DNA of 64,000 nucleotides from Steroidobacteraceae bacterium (GTDB taxonomy: Bacteria > Pseudomonadota > Gammaproteobacteria > Steroidobacterales > Steroidobacteraceae): the NCBI GenBank assembly GCA_036493615.1, contig DASXPL010000002.1, positions 1,995 through 65,994 of the forward strand. The letters run 5' to 3'. The position numbers and the translations under genes were made by a program. The notes beneath the pieces were generated by a model, which was given only the letters and a program-made list of their open reading frames with translations, searched no databases and was not told the origin of the DNA. Of the stretch, positions 55,854 to 64,000 are shown piece after piece; position 1 is the stretch's first letter, and each line of letters begins with the position of its first letter.

Positions 55854-58800
55854 GCCATTGCCGCCACAGGCTCCCGCGGACGACAGCGATGCGCGCCGGG
55901 CCGCGAGCGATCCGCGCCGCTCGGTGCTGCTCGAGGCGCCTGCCGGCTCGGGAAAGACCGCGGTGCTCACCGAGCGGTTCCTGCGCCTGCTGTGCACGGT
56001 CGAGCGCCCGGACGAGATCCTCGCGATCACCTTCACGCGCAAGGCGGCCGCGGAGATGCGGGCACGCGTCACGCGCGCACTCGCCGGCGAGGTACCGGCC
56101 AGAGACCCCAACGCGCCGGTGCTGCACGCGCTCGCCGCCGCCGTGCACGCGCACGGCGCGCCCCGCGGCTGGCGCCTGGCCGAGGAGCCGCAGGCACTGG
56201 CCATCCAGACCATCGATTCCTTCAACTACTGGCTCGCGAGCCAGCTGCCGGTGGCGGCGCGGATCGGCGGTGCGCTCGAGGTGACCGAGCAGCCACACGC
56301 ACTCTACGCGCGCGCGGCGCGACGCACGCTGATCGCCGCCGACAGCGAGGCGGAGCTGCGCGAGGACGCGCAGCTGCTGTTCGAGCGCCAGGACAACCGC
56401 TGGATGCGCCTCGAGCAGCTGCTGGCGCAGATGCTCGCCGAGCGCGGCCACTGGCTGCGCTTCGTCATCGGTGAGGACCCGGGCCTGCTGTGCGCGCGCG
56501 TCAACGAGGCGCTCGCCGCGCTCGCGCGCCGTGAGCTCGCCTCGGCCTGCGCGCGCATTCCCGCAGCGCTGCGCACCCGGGCGCAGGCGCTGCCCGGAGT
56601 CGGGACGCTGGGCGCGGACGGCGCGCAGCTCCCGCACTGGAAGGCGCTCGTGAAACTCACGCGCACCGGTACTGGCTGGCGCAAGAAGCTCGATCCCCGT
56701 CATCTGGGCGACGCCTACTGCGATGCCGCGCAGCGGGCGCGGCTGCGCGACGTCATCGATGACCTCGCCGCCAGCGCGGGCGCGGAGGCCGCGCTCACCG
56801 CGCTCGCGGCGAGCCCGGCCGCAGCGCTGGCAGACGATGAAGCGGCTGCCATCCGCGCACTGTCGCGCCTGCTGGCGCGCGCGGCCGCCGAGCTGCACGG
56901 CGAGTTCGCCGACGCGCGGCAGGTCGACTACGCCTACGTGACCGGAGCCGCGCGCCAGGCGCTCACCGAGGCCGGCGAGCCGACCGACCTCGCGCTGCGT
57001 GCCGGGCTCAGTCTGAAGCACATTCTGGTGGATGAGTTCCAGGACACCTCGCTCGACCAGTACGAGCTGCTGCGCACCCTCACCGCCGGCTGGGAGCCGG
57101 GCGACGGCCGGACTCTTTTCGTGGTGGGGGACCCGATGCAGTCGATCTACCGCTTCCGTGACGCGGAGGTGGGGCTGTTCCTCAAGGCGCGCGCGGCCGG
57201 CATCGGCGAGCTGGTGCTGACGCCGCTGCGGCTGATGCGCAACTTCCGCGCTGCGCCGGCGCTGGTCGAGTTCTGCAACGACACCCTGGCGCGGCTGTTC
57301 CCGCCGGCCGATGACATGCGCCACGGCGCGGTGGCCTACCGGCCGAGCGTGGCCGCCCGCGCAGCGCCCCCGGCGCTCGGGGACATCCCCACGGTCACGC
57401 TGCTGTTGTTCCCGGACGCGCGTGCGCGCGAGGCGCAGGAGCTTGCCAGCCGCATCGCGCAGGTGCGCGTGCTGGACCCGGGCGGCTCGGTGGCAGTGCT
57501 GGTGTCCGCGCACGCGCACGCGGTGCCGGTGGTCAGTGCACTCGAGGCGCGGGGCATACCGGTGCTGGGCGTCGATCTCGTGCCGCTGCGCGAGCGCCTG
57601 GTGGTGCGCGACCTCGTGCAACTCGCCCGCGCACTGTCAGACCCCGCCGATCGCGCCGCATGGCTCGCGGTGCTGCGCGCCCCATGGTGTGGTGCGCAGC
57701 TTGGATCCCTGAGCGCGCTTTCGCAGCTGTACGACGCTGCCCTCATGCCCGAAGCACTCGCCGATCCCGCGCGCCTGGCACGCTGCCTGCCCGAGGACCA
57801 GCCACGTCTCGTGCGCGTGCGTGACATCCTGGCGGCAGCGGTGGTGCGCCGCGGCGAGCTGCCCGTGGCCGGGTGGCTGGAGGCTACCTGGCTGCAGCTC
57901 GGCGGCGCCGATGCCTACCCGGAAGCGGACCTTGTCGACGCGCGCACCTTCCTCGCCGCGCTCGCCGAGCGGGCCGCACGCGGTGAATGGCGCGGCCCCG
58001 AGGACTTCCCGTCGCTCCTCGGGAGGCTGTTCAGCAGCGGCGGCCCCACCGCGGACGCGCCGGTGCAGGTGATGACGATTCACCGTGCTAAGGGACTCGA
58101 ATTCGAGCACGTGTTCGTGCCGGCGCTCGAGCGCGCGATGCCATCGGCGGAGTCGCGCCTGCTGCGCTGGGTAGATCTGCCCGCGCAGGGTACCTCGAGC
58201 GAGCTCCTCATCGCCCCGGCGCCCGTCGTGGGCGCGCACAACGTCGACGCGCTCGACGGCTACATCAAGGAGCTGCTGCGCGCGCGCGATGCGTTCGAGC
58301 GCCAGCGACTCCTGTACGTCGCTGCGACGCGCGCGCGGCGGACGCTGTGGCTGTCGGGTGCCCCGAAGGCGACGGAGGAGGGCACTCCCAGGCCGGACCG
58401 GCGCAGCCTGCTGGCGATCCTCTGGCCCGCACTCGGGGAGCGCTTCGCCGTCCCCGCCGCGGCACCCCTGGCCGCACTTCCAACCGTCACCGCGGTGCCC
58501 CTGACCCGACTGCGCGCCGACTGGCAGCCGGCTGAACTGCCCGCAGACGTGGCCATCAGCCTGCTGCCGGCCTCGCAATTGCCCGCGGCACCACCGGAGT
58601 TCAGCTGGGTGGGCGAGACGCAGCGCCACATTGGTACCGTGGTACACGCCCGGCTGGCCGCCTGGGCGCTCGAGGGGAAGCTGCCGGAGCCAGGCGCCGC
58701 GCTCGGGGCACGCGCCGCGCTCGCCGCGCAGCTGGCGCGACTGGGAGTGCCGACCGCCGAGCAGCCGCGCGCGGTGGAGCTGGTCGTGAGCGCGCTCACC

Positions 58801-59145
58801 CGGACACTTTCCGATGCGCGTGGCCGCTGGATCCTGAGCAGTGCGCACCGCGCCTCCGAGGCGGAACTGGCGCTGACCGGGGTCAGCGGCGGCCAGCTGC
58901 GCAGCAGCGTCATCGACCGCACGTTCATCGATGCCGACGGCACCCGCTGGGTGATCGACTACAAGACCAGCCGTCACGAGGGCGGTGGCGTCGAGGCGTT
59001 CCTCGATGCGGAAGTGGAGCGCTACCGCGCCCAGCTGACAGTCTACGTGGCGCTGCTCCGGGGCCTGGGGCCGGAGCCGGTGCGCGCGGGGCTGTACTTC
59101 CCGCTGCTCGGCGCGTTCCGCGAAGTCACCGGCCTGGCAGGCTGA
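55846..59145 (+). CDS. AddA-like UvrD/Rep-family helicase with C-terminal RecB-type nuclease
   Basis: Contains 'APAGSGKT', 'ILVDEFQDTS', 'VVGDPMQSIYRFRDA', 'VMTIHRAKGLEFEHVFVP' and 'YVAATRARRTLWL'. The nuclease motif is 'GTRWVIDYKTS'. Confidence 0.85.
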   Translation: MTEPLPPQAPADDSDARRAASDPRRSVLLEAPAGSGKTAVLTERFLRLLCTVERPDEILAITFTRKAAAEMRARVTRALAGEVPARDPNAPVLHALAAAVHAHGAPRGWRLAEEPQALAIQTIDSFNYWLASQLPVAARIGGALEVTEQPHALYARAARRTLIAADSEAELREDAQLLFERQDNRWMRLEQLLAQMLAERGHWLRFVIGEDPGLLCARVNEALAALARRELASACARIPAALRTRAQALPGVGTLGADGAQLPHWKALVKLTRTGTGWRKKLDPRHLGDAYCDAAQRARLRDVIDDLAASAGAEAALTALAASPAAALADDEAAAIRALSRLLARAAAELHGEFADARQVDYAYVTGAARQALTEAGEPTDLALRAGLSLKHILVDEFQDTSLDQYELLRTLTAGWEPGDGRTLFVVGDPMQSIYRFRDAEVGLFLKARAAGIGELVLTPLRLMRNFRAAPALVEFCNDTLARLFPPADDMRHGAVAYRPSVAARAAPPALGDIPTVTLLLFPDARAREAQELASRIAQVRVLDPGGSVAVLVSAHAHAVPVVSALEARGIPVLGVDLVPLRERLVVRDLVQLARALSDPADRAAWLAVLRAPWCGAQLGSLSALSQLYDAALMPEALADPARLARCLPEDQPRLVRVRDILAAAVVRRGELPVAGWLEATWLQLGGADAYPEADLVDARTFLAALAERAARGEWRGPEDFPSLLGRLFSSGGPTADAPVQVMTIHRAKGLEFEHVFVPALERAMPSAESRLLRWVDLPAQGTSSELLIAPAPVVGAHNVDALDGYIKELLRARDAFERQRLLYVAATRARRTLWLSGAPKATEEGTPRPDRRSLLAILWPALGERFAVPAAAPLAALPTVTAVPLTRLRADWQPAELPADVAISLLPASQLPAAPPEFSWVGETQRHIGTVVHARLAAWALEGKLPEPGAALGARAALAAQLARLGVPTAEQPRAVELVVSALTRTLSDARGRWILSSAHRASEAELALTGVSGGQLRSSVIDRTFIDADGTRWVIDYKTSRHEGGGVEAFLDAEVERYRAQLTVYVALLRGLGPEPVRAGLYFPLLGAFREVTGLAG

Positions 59146-59152
59146 ACGCTTC

Positions 59153-59168
59153 GGCGGCGGCCGCCGCC
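59153..59168. terminator. 16-bp perfect GC palindrome between convergent genes (possible bidirectional terminator stem)
   Basis: GGCGGCGGCCGCCGCC lies between the addA-like stop and the TIR-gene stop. There is no U-tract. Confidence 0.3.
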
Positions 59169-59172
59169 TGAG

Positions 59173-61188
59173 CTAGGGCGGAAGATTCATCTTGCGTACA
59201 AACGCCGCGTAGCGCGGGTCCGGGCGCAGGGAGTCGAGCAGAGGATCGCTCTTCAGCCGCGTCAGCCCGCCGTCGCGCTGCAGGTAGGCGCGCTCGAGCC
59301 AGCTGAACGCCTGGTCCGTCTCGCCGCGCCAGGCGTACATCTCGGCGATCTGGAACGCCGCGAAGCGGCCGGCCTCGGCGATCACGCGCTCAAGGGCCGC
59401 CTTCGATTCCGGCTCGTGCCCCAGGGCGTGCTGCACCAGGCAGGCGGCGATGTCCCGCCAACCGCCGAGGTTGCCCACCTGGGGACCGGAGATGCGGGCC
59501 AGGCCCTGCTCGGGGTGGCCGGCGAACATGTCGACGATGGCCAGCTGGGCGATGGCGCGCGAGTTGTCCGGGTCCAACTCGAGCCAGCGCTCAAAATCGG
59601 CACGGGCCCCGGGCAGGTCGTGGGCGGCGATCAGGATCAGCCCGCGCGTGTTGAACCAGGCGGCCCGCAGCGGATCCAGGCGGATCACCTTGTTCACGGC
59701 CGCCAGCGCGCCCGGCACGTCACCGGTCGCCTCGAGCAGCAGGACGTAGCCGTACAGGGCCTCGGCATTGTTCGGGTCCAGCGCCAGTGCCTTCTGGAAA
59801 TCAGCGCGCGCACCTGCAAAGTCCCACAACCACAGAGTGCGCAGGTAACCGCGGGCGAAGTAGCCGTCCGCCTGCCCGGGCGCGAGGGCGATGGCGCGCT
59901 CGGCATCCCCGACACCGCGCTTCAGTCCCGACTCGTCCCCGGTCTGGTCAGTGTAGTAGGCCTCCGCGAGTGCGAGCCGCGAGTAGGCGCTGGCGTAGCG
60001 CGGATCCAGCGCGATGGCCTTGCGGAATGCCTGTTCGGCGGCGGCGAACCCTGCCGGGGTCGCCCGCTCCAGCAGGTTCCTGCCCAGCAGGTACTGGTTG
60101 TAGGCCTCGGTATTTGCCGCGCGCCCGGTGCTGGCGGAGGAGGGCAGCGACACCTGCAGCGCCGCCACGACCTGCGCGGCGATCTCGTCCTGGACCTTGA
60201 AGATGTCCTGCGCGGGGCGGTCGTAGGTCTTTGACCACACGTGGTAGCCGTTGTCGGCACGGATCAGCTGCGCGGTGATCCTCAGGGTGTTGCCGGACTT
60301 GCGCACGCTGCCCTCGAGCACGTGGGCGACACCGAGGGCCTTGGCGATCTCGGCGATGGTTGCGTGCTGTCCCTTGAAGTAGAAGGAAGAGGTGCGCGCC
60401 GGCACGTGCAGGTCCGGGACCTTGCTGAGCATGTCGATCAGCTCCTCCGACAGCCCGTCCGAGAAATACTCCTGGTCCTTCTTCTCGCTCATGTCGGCGA
60501 AGGGCAGCACGGCGATCGAGCGCTCGGGGGCTTCGGCCCTGGCCACCGGCGGCGGGGCGGGCGGGCTCGGTGTGAGCGGGGCCTGCCCGCGCCAGGGCTT
60601 CAGGAGCAGTGCGCCGGCCACCGCGAGCGCGGCGAGACCGCCCAGGATCCAGCCGGTGAGCCTCGGGCTCTTTGCCTTCGTCGCCGGCAATGATGCGACC
60701 TGCGGCTGCTGGGGCGCCGGGGTTGCCTCGACTCCGGTAAGGAGCGTGGCAATGCGCTGGCAGAATGCCGCGGGCGTGGCGCCCTGCGGCAGGCGCGTCC
60801 ACTGCACGCGGTGGAACGAATCCGGCAGGTCGGCCGTGCCTTCGGGGGTTGCGTCCACGCACACCGGGACGATGAAGGCCTTGTTGCGGGCGATCATCTG
60901 CGTGCGGTGATCGGCGATCGCCCACTCGAGGCGGAAATAACCCTCGGGCCGTGAGGCGGTGTGCTCGGAGATGATCGGCACGAAGAGCGCGCAGTCACGG
61001 ATCTGGTTGCGGATCTTCTGGTCCCAGGCGTCCCCGCCGCGCAACTCGCTCTGATCGAACCAGACCTCGAGGCCGGCCGCGCGCAGCGACTCGCAGATGC
61101 GCCGTGCCGCGGTCGCATCCTGCGAGGCGTAGCTGAGGAAGACGGCGTGCCCGGCGGGGGTGCTCATGGTGGGCACGACCGCGGGCAC
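59173..61188 (-). CDS. TIR-domain transmembrane protein with periplasmic TolB-N-like module and TPR repeats
   Basis: TIR motifs are 'AVFLSYASQD', 'EVWFDQSELRGGDAW' and 'FVPIISEHTASRPEGYFRLEWAIA'. The transmembrane helix is 'LTGWILGGLAALAVAGALLL'. The periplasmic module is 'SIAVLPFADMS...YFSDGLSEELI...LEGSVRKSGNTLRITAQL', followed by TPR-like repeats to the C-terminus. Start is GTG 61188 or ATG 61167. Confidence 0.8.
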   Translation of the reverse strand: MPAVVPTMSTPAGHAVFLSYASQDATAARRICESLRAAGLEVWFDQSELRGGDAWDQKIRNQIRDCALFVPIISEHTASRPEGYFRLEWAIADHRTQMIARNKAFIVPVCVDATPEGTADLPDSFHRVQWTRLPQGATPAAFCQRIATLLTGVEATPAPQQPQVASLPATKAKSPRLTGWILGGLAALAVAGALLLKPWRGQAPLTPSPPAPPPVARAEAPERSIAVLPFADMSEKKDQEYFSDGLSEELIDMLSKVPDLHVPARTSSFYFKGQHATIAEIAKALGVAHVLEGSVRKSGNTLRITAQLIRADNGYHVWSKTYDRPAQDIFKVQDEIAAQVVAALQVSLPSSASTGRAANTEAYNQYLLGRNLLERATPAGFAAAEQAFRKAIALDPRYASAYSRLALAEAYYTDQTGDESGLKRGVGDAERAIALAPGQADGYFARGYLRTLWLWDFAGARADFQKALALDPNNAEALYGYVLLLEATGDVPGALAAVNKVIRLDPLRAAWFNTRGLILIAAHDLPGARADFERWLELDPDNSRAIAQLAIVDMFAGHPEQGLARISGPQVGNLGGWRDIAACLVQHALGHEPESKAALERVIAEAGRFAAFQIAEMYAWRGETDQAFSWLERAYLQRDGGLTRLKSDPLLDSLRPDPRYAAFVRKMNLPP

Positions 61189-61266
61189 TGCGGGGTTTCA
61201 GGGGCGGCAGTCACCGTCCTAGTCTAGCTGAAGGCACCGTCCGCCTCCGGGGGCACCGCGCGCGCT

Positions 61267-62004
61267 TCAGAAGGTGCCCGAGAGCGAGAACTGCCGCCGG
61301 CCGGCGGCATCCGGGCTGCCGAGGTAGCGCAGGTTGTCGGTCAGCTCCGCGGGCGCATCGGGCCTGGGTGCGACCGTGCCCTGGACGTCGAAGCCGCCCT
61401 GGCGCGTAAGCCGCAGCGTGCCTGCCACGGACAGCGGCCCGTCCAGGTCCTTGATCACTCCGGTGGGATCACCTGCGGTGGGCGCGAAGGTGACCGCGTA
61501 GCTGCCGAGGCGCGTCGTGCGACCGGACCGATCCTCCAGGTCGTGCACCTCGATGCGTCCCTGCAGCTCCTGGAGCGCACCCTTCGCGAGCACCACGCGC
61601 GTGAGCGCAAGGTGTGCCTGCCCGCGCAACTGCGGCGGCAACCCGGGCATGAGCGCCGGGTCCAGTGGCACTTCCGCGCTGAGGTTCTGCGCCAGCAGGT
61701 ACTCGTGCAGGCCGAGTTCCGCATCGGCGCTGCCATGGGCGAGCGGGCTCGCCAGCGTCACGTGCGCGGCGAGGCGGCCGGCCAGAAGCCGCAGCGGCCT
61801 GAGCTCCCAGGTGAGATCCCCGACCGGCATGCGCTGTACGAACAAGCCGCTGCAGCTGCCGCTCCACAGCGTGCCGTCGACGCCCGTGCAGCCGATGGCA
61901 GCCCTGCCGCTCGCCGGAACGACCCAGGAGGCCGGCAGGCGCGCCAGGATGATCCCCGCGAAGGCGAGCAGCGCGGCCAGAGTGATCCAGAGCCCGCGCT
62001 TCAC
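61267..62004 (-). CDS. gspN: Type II secretion system protein N
   Basis: N-terminal transmembrane helix 'VKRGLWITLAALLAFAGIILARLPASW'. The GTGA overlap with gspM and its position after gspL/M support the call. Confidence 0.75.
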   Translation of the reverse strand: MKRGLWITLAALLAFAGIILARLPASWVVPASGRAAIGCTGVDGTLWSGSCSGLFVQRMPVGDLTWELRPLRLLAGRLAAHVTLASPLAHGSADAELGLHEYLLAQNLSAEVPLDPALMPGLPPQLRGQAHLALTRVVLAKGALQELQGRIEVHDLEDRSGRTTRLGSYAVTFAPTAGDPTGVIKDLDGPLSVAGTLRLTRQGGFDVQGTVAPRPDAPAELTDNLRYLGSPDAAGRRQFSLSGTF

Positions 62005-62510
62005 ATCATGCCGGGGCGCAGGACCAGGGCCGCGTTGACCAGCCCGGTGTCGCCGGTCTTCTCGATGGTCGCCGAATCGATGACCACCCCGTTCTGCTGT
62101 GCCAGTCGCGCCAGCCACGCCACCAGGGTGTCGAAAGGGGCCTTCTCCAGGCGCAGCGACAGGCTGCCGGCGGCGCCCTGGTCGCTGCCGCGCATGGCCG
62201 TGTCCAGGTGCAGCTCGCGCGTGGAGCGGTCGACCAGCACCAGCAGCGACTCGCCGTTGGGGTTGGGCGCGGGCGCGTTACGCAGCACCGGCACGGCCAC
62301 GTTCTGCATCCACGCCAGATCGGTGCGCTTCTGCTCCAGCCGCGTGCGCGCGTGGGCGACCGAGCGGTCCAGCGGGATCAGGATGCTGAAGAGCAGGATG
62401 GCGGCGAGCATCGCCGCGCCGGCGAGTGCCAGGCGGCGGTCGCGCTGCGAGAGCGCAGCGTAGGCATCGAAGAGTGCCTCCAGCGAGAGGTCTTTCATCT
62501 CAAGTGCCAT
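62001..62510 (-). CDS. gspM: Type II secretion system protein M
   Basis: About 165 aa with a single transmembrane helix 'LALAGAAMLAAILLFSILI'. The periplasmic domain ends 'GLVNAALVLR'. An alternative ATG is at 62498. Confidence 0.8.
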   Translation of the reverse strand: MALEMKDLSLEALFDAYAALSQRDRRLALAGAAMLAAILLFSILIPLDRSVAHARTRLEQKRTDLAWMQNVAVPVLRNAPAPNPNGESLLVLVDRSTRELHLDTAMRGSDQGAAGSLSLRLEKAPFDTLVAWLARLAQQNGVVIDSATIEKTGDTGLVNAALVLRPGMM

Positions 62511-63732
62511 TGGCGTGTACCTGAATGCGGCCCAGGTAGCCGTCGGCGGTATTGCTGCCGCTGCCCAGCTCCGCGGTCCAGCCGTTCTCGCGCAGCGTCT
62601 GGCTCAGGTGCGCGAGGCTTGCGGCATCCCGGGCGCCGAGGGTCATCTCCAGCGAACCGCCGTGGAAGTTGAGTTCCCGGACGCTGGTGCCCGGGGTCGA
62701 AGTGCGCGCCTGCGCCAGCGCCTGCAGCGCCGGCAGCAGGCCGCCGCCGGCACCGCGCGCGGCGGCCACGCGCGCCTCCAGGTGCTTGCGGACATCCAGC
62801 AGCGAGGTTTCCCCGACGCTGTGCGCCACGTCGCGAATGGAGGCATCGACGGTGTGCTCGCGGCTCTTGAGTACGCGCAGCTGGATGACCTTGCCGCCGA
62901 TGTGCAGCACCAGCAGGGCGGCCAGCAGCATGGCGGCGACCCGCCAGGCCCTGAGGTGCGCGCCGCGTCCGCTGGCCGGCGCGTAGTCGGCCTGCAGCAG
63001 GTTGATGGCCGTCTCGCGCGGCAGCTGCTGCGCGAACAGTGCCAGCGGCCCGTCGGTGAGCAGCTGCACCTTGATGCCATCGAAGCTCGGGCGCACCGCC
63101 TCGACCTGCGCGGCGTGCCGCTGCCACTCGGCAGCACCGGTGTAGAGAATGAGGCCGCTGCCGCCGCTGGCCGCGCTGTCGGCACTGGCGTGCGCGATCT
63201 GCAGGGCCTGGTCGAGCGCATCGGCCGGCAGCGTGACGGGCGTGCCGTGCGGCGGGCGCACGAACACCGCATCCTCTTCCAGCAGCGCCACTGCCTGCCC
63301 GGGGTTCAGCGGCAACAGGTCGCTGTCCGCATACAGCGCGTTGGGCTCGATGCCCGCAGCGCGCAGCTGCGCGAGCCACTCGTCCATGAGACGGCGCGCC
63401 ACGACCGCCACGCGCGTGCGCGTGGCGTCACCCTGGCGCTTGCCCAGGGCGAAGTGCAGGTCCTCGATCGCATCGGCCAGATGCTCCTCGAGCGCATAGG
63501 GCACGAGCGTCGCAAGCTTCGCCCCGGCCTTCAGCGGCAGGTCCGGCTGTGCCAGCAGCACATCGGTTCCCGGGACCAGCACGCACACCCGCCGGGTCGC
63601 GGCGCGTGGTGCGGCGAGGGTGAGCGGACCGCTCTGCGGCGGCCCGGTCGGGGCACCGCTGCCATCGACGACGAGCCAGGTGGCCGCCTGGTCCGGGGCG
63701 CGCGCCAGGCGCAGCAGCAGCGTCTCAGCCAT
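62500..63732 (-). CDS. gspL: Type II secretion system protein L
   Basis: 410 aa with 'VLVPGTDVLLAQPDLPLKAGAKLATLVPYALEEHLADAIEDLHFAL', a mid-protein transmembrane helix, and gsp operon context. Confidence 0.85.
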   Translation of the reverse strand: MAETLLLRLARAPDQAATWLVVDGSGAPTGPPQSGPLTLAAPRAATRRVCVLVPGTDVLLAQPDLPLKAGAKLATLVPYALEEHLADAIEDLHFALGKRQGDATRTRVAVVARRLMDEWLAQLRAAGIEPNALYADSDLLPLNPGQAVALLEEDAVFVRPPHGTPVTLPADALDQALQIAHASADSAASGGSGLILYTGAAEWQRHAAQVEAVRPSFDGIKVQLLTDGPLALFAQQLPRETAINLLQADYAPASGRGAHLRAWRVAAMLLAALLVLHIGGKVIQLRVLKSREHTVDASIRDVAHSVGETSLLDVRKHLEARVAAARGAGGGLLPALQALAQARTSTPGTSVRELNFHGGSLEMTLGARDAASLAHLSQTLRENGWTAELGSGSNTADGYLGRIQVHANGT

Positions 63733-63787
63733 CTGCGCCTCCTGTCATCGTCGGTCCCTGGGTGTGCATGGTTCCATCCGCTGGGCT

Positions 63788-64000
63788 CTAGTCCGGCGTG
63801 AAGCTGCGCTGGATCGGGCGCAGTGCGTAGGACGTCGGGTCCATGTACAGAAGACTGTACAAGTTGATCTCGGTACTGCCAATAGTGACCACGCTGGTGA
63901 GGCGGAAGTAGTTCGAACTCTGGCCGACGAGGCTCACGACCCCCTGGGCTACGGGCGCACCGGCTCGGGGACCGGTGCCGGTGTCGGTCCCGATCGTGGT
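63788..64000 (-). CDS. gspK: Type II secretion minor pseudopilin K, C-terminal fragment (runs off the window)
   Basis: Hand translation of the minus strand gives '...VSLVGQSSNYFRLTSVVTIGSTEINLYSLLYMDPTSYALRPIQRSFTPD*'. This matches the GspK C-terminal 'S.YF.l...v' pattern and the position upstream of gspL. Confidence 0.65.
   Translation of the reverse strand, partial: TTIGTDTGTGPRAGAPVAQGVVSLVGQSSNYFRLTSVVTIGSTEINLYSLLYMDPTSYALRPIQRSFTPD

Noticed and set aside
53193-61188. AddAB-like pair plus TIR protein treated as a single defence island.
   Set aside because: The TIR gene is convergent to the addA-like gene, so it is not in the same operon. No integrase, transposase or tRNA borders or compositional break are present, and the neighbours are housekeeping genes. 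They are therefore kept as separate observations.

Overview
This is a GC-rich, gene-dense chromosomal segment with about 60 genes and no rRNA, tRNA, CRISPR, transposase or integrase. It looks like a Xanthomonadales/Nevskiales-type gammaproteobacterium. The pointers are a fused aspartate kinase/diaminopimelate decarboxylase, a tonB-exbB-exbD-exbD cluster and an xps-type gspK-L-M-N block.

Most of the content is core metabolism and envelope functions:
- A partial leucine-catabolism cluster: GntR regulator, ivd, mccB and mccA.
- Two tandem periplasmic amidohydrolases sitting behind a 3-methyladenine glycosylase gene.
- An elaB/yqjD-yqjE-yqjK trio, transaldolase, lysC-lysA fusion, PBP1B and metB.
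- A six-gene ilvC-leuA-ilvE-leuC-leuD-leuB operon, plus ilvD.
- TonB/ExbBD, etfAB, an Opp/Dpp-type ABC importer, and an AddAB-like helicase-nuclease pair.

Three cis-regulatory elements are not in the ORF track but are readable in the DNA:
- A SAM-I riboswitch upstream of metB.
- A 43-codon Leu/Val-rich leader peptide plus a rho-independent attenuator upstream of ilvC.
- A probable CTG start for mrcB that overlaps the lysA stop codon.

The most unusual gene is a 671-aa protein with an N-terminal cytoplasmic TIR domain, one transmembrane helix and a periplasmic TolB-N-like/TPR ectodomain. It lies directly downstream of gspN. I flag it as the best candidate for an uncharacterised signalling or defence module, but I see no clear multi-gene novel system.

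Limits: start codons were placed by counting residues in the supplied ORF track. Family assignments rest on motif recognition only. Many long Arg/Ala/Pro-rich ORFs in the track are shadow frames typical of GC-rich DNA and were ignored.
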